This document shows positions 61,201 through 64,000 of a stretch of 64,000 bases of DNA, piece after piece. The notes under the pieces are model-generated. The model ran no database searches and had not been told where the DNA came from. It saw only the letters and a program-made list of their open reading frames with translations. How positions within the stretch are numbered: position 1 is the stretch's first letter; each line of letters starts with the position of its first letter. The stretch comes from the human T2T-CHM13v2.0 reference genome, Homo sapiens: NCBI RefSeq assembly GCF_009914755.1, contig NC_060939.1; one strand, written 5' to 3'. A program made the position numbers and the translations under genes.

Positions 61201-64000
61201 GCTCTGTTGCTATTGGAGGCACCAGCCAGAGCTGAGGTGGCCCTGATGCTCCACGCCCCCGCCCTTTCCTCTCTGCTCAAGGGAACAAAGCCAGACTTCT
61301 CTCCTGTTTTCCCTAGACACACCCTAAAGGAGGCTTGCCCGTTCATCTCATGGGTTCCCACTCAGCCCCTAGGGGAGGGAAAAACAGCCATCCATAACCC
61401 CATTTATAACTGGGAAATGGCAGTCCAGAGGGTGTCACACCAAGGAAGCTCTGAGAGAGCAATGTCGCAGTGCTGGCCTCTCTTCATGGCAGCTCCACCT
61501 ACAGGGTCGGGAGGGAACTTCCTGGAAGGAGGGCTGGTTGCCCCAGACACAGCAGGTGAAGTTCCAGGAAGAGGAGCTGGAGAAGAGCTAGAGATTCCAC
61601 GGGGCCAGTTCTGCTTTGGAGCTGCCCATGTGGCCTGGGTTGGGCCCAGGTTGGTTCTGCCCCAGCTCCCAACTGCCTACTTAACATTCACAGACTTCTT
61701 CCTCCCATCCCACCTTCTCCTCTGCCAGGATAGCCCCTCCCTACAATGCCACCTCCCCAAACATAGACACGCTGGGTCCTACCGCCACACCTCTGCTCAA
61801 GGTGGGCACTCCTCCGAGATCAGTACCACATCCGTTTGCTCCTCCCTGTGTCCCCAGTGGATGCCGGCAACCGTGACCTGGGTGACCATACCAATAGCAG
61901 CTGCCATTTAATGACAGCCACTCTGGCCGCTCCACTGGCTGCACACCACTGGAAACCTTCAAGGTAGGTACCACCATACCCATCTTACAGACTGGAGACA
62001 CTGAGGCCTAATGAGGTTCATTTGCCAGGGGTATGAAGAGATGGAACCAGATTCACACCCAGGTCTGTCTACCCCAAGCCTGTGTTCTCAGGACACCCAG
62101 CCCCAGCTCCTGACGAGACGGTGGGGCTGATGGGTGGACACCGGCCTCTCCTGCCAGCTCCCCACCTTCTCGCCCTCCTCCCAGCCTTCTCCTCCCCATT
62201 GCTTGCCTCTGTGTAGTTTCCTGTTCTCCAAGCAGCCTTCCACTTCTGCCCCGGTCACGTGGAGTTCCACTGCCAAGCTACTAAAGCCCAGGAAGTCTGC
62301 TGTGGACTCAGGTTAGGGTGGACTCCTGCCCCTGCTGGGACTCTGGGAGCAGGGTCTGCGTCCTCTACCCTCTGCTGCTTCCAGTGTGGCTGCCCACAGG
62401 GCTGGGCACTCAGGGGACAGGGGTGACAGTAAGGAACCCAGAAAGGGCCCAAAGAGTTGACTTGAATCTCAGGCAGGATGCAGGGCTGTGTGTTTTAAGG
62501 AAGAGGTTTACCCAAGGCCTGGACAACGAATCAGAGAGAACTCCAGACCCCACTTTGGCCCTGGACTGAGCTTTGGGGAAAGGAGGTCCCTGATCAACCC
62601 TTGCAGCCCCAGACAGCTCCACTGCTCCCTCCTGGCTGCCTCTGACTCTCTCTCTCTCCCTCCTTGTCTTTTTCCACCCCCTTCCTCTGCCCTTTTTCCC
62701 TTCCTAAAAAACACAGAGAAATGGGATTCAGAAGCCTACACCGCCTGCGAAGTATGGTTCAGCCTCCCCAAAAGAGGAAATGCCAGTGTGCGGGTTCTCA
62801 TGGCAACTCCAGCTCCTCCCCCCGCAGCCGCCCTGCGCCCATATGGTGAGACTCGTGTGGCACCGGCTCAGAGGGGCCTTGGGGTCTGGGGCTTGGGCTG
62901 CAACGGGGGCCATGTTGGTTCCCTCGGCTGCCCTGTCCAGAGCTCACCCTCTTGGGCACACGAGACCACCTCCTGCAGGGACTCCCAGTCCTGTCCTCGG
63001 CCCTCCCCAGGATGCAGATATGTGGGGTGATATTCAGAAGCTGCCCCCAGTGTGTTAGGCACCCTCTGCCTCCCCCGTCCCTCTGGCTTTGTCCATGATA
63101 CATGCCCTGGACTTTGGGAGTTCCATGTTAGGTGTGGAGGGATGGGGAAAACAGGAGTGCAGCCAGGAGCTGGTTTCTTTGTCCCTGGCAGTGGCACCCT
63201 GGCTGCCAGCCCCACCCCATCCCAAGCTACTGCACAGGTGCCCAGCAGTCCTGGTCTCTGAGCTGTGCAGTGAGGGAGCAAGGCTTGAGCCCTCGCTTTG
63301 GCTGAGCTGCCACAGGACACTGCCCCTTCATGCCCCTAAACTCTCCCCGTGCCCACCCAGGGCAGCTCCTACCAGCTGTGTGGACTCTTGGTTTTCGAGG
63401 ACAGTTGGCATTTCCATGACATATAAAATGGAAGCTAATGCCAGGCAAGCTTGGGGACTGGAGGGATGGCAGCTGAGGAGCAAATCTTCTAAGGCTTGAT
63501 ACTCATCCTGCCTCTTTTTCTAGGGCTCAGACAGGGATGCCTGGGTCCCTGGTACTGCCTGGCTCCTCCTCCCTCCCCTGACCTCAGGTAGCTGCCCCAG
63601 ACCTCAGCTAGTCATGGGGCATCTTGAAAGAACCACCCTGGGCAGGCTAGGTGGATGAGGGGCCGGGGGTGGGGGAACGCAAGCCCCAAGCCTGAGGGCA
63701 GTGAAGGTTGGGACCCACTCAGTGTTCATGAATGTGGCCCCTTCACCAGCTCAGGCCATTCTCTCTGGGTGTCCTGAATCCCCAAACTCCCCATCTTGAT
63801 CCCTCCTGCACACTCCATTTCCAACTCTTCTCCCCAGACATTCCCATGACTATCAGAATCAAGGAACCCCAAAGGGGATAGGCTTGACCCCTAGGAGCAC
63901 ACAGATGGGGCCCAGAGAGGGTTAGAGCTCTACAAGGTCACACAGCGAGCCTGGGGTAAAGCCGGGCCCAGAAGTAGGTCCCCTGCCTCCCTGCCCAGGG

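Noticed and set aside
61207-61911. 234-aa plus-strand ORF (and a 272-aa ORF at 22646-23464)
   Set aside because: Non-ATG starts, no domain-like sequence and no supporting exon structure; consistent with chance ORFs in GC-rich DNA.

Overview
Mammalian genomic DNA, almost certainly human (Alu/MIR/L2/L1/MaLR landscape), containing LINGO1 on the minus strand. The 620-aa protein is encoded by a 6-nt coding piece (ATG CAG, 38642-38637) at the end of a CpG-island first exon, a 16,039-nt intron, and one large terminal coding exon (22597-20741). The rest is intergenic or intronic sequence with interspersed repeats, microsatellites and several enhancer-like or insulator-like motif clusters. No bacterial-type systems (CRISPR arrays, operons, rRNA or tRNA genes) are visible. 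The most unusual observations concern LINGO1 RNA architecture. (1) Both intron ends carry the same 11-mer TGCAG|GTGAGC, so splicing regenerates a consensus 5' splice site at the start of the ORF, and two strong acceptor-like tracts lie downstream in the 3' region; re-splicing could remove the whole CDS. (2) An out-of-frame uORF overlaps the main AUG and stops in that same GTGAGC. (3) A second uORF reads a (GGC)5 tract as poly-Gly. (4) There is a candidate alternative in-frame exon (MVQLEQK). A ~135-bp non-Alu inverted repeat and a G-rich 54-bp minisatellite are also present. Repeat subfamily names and boundaries were assigned by eye and are approximate.
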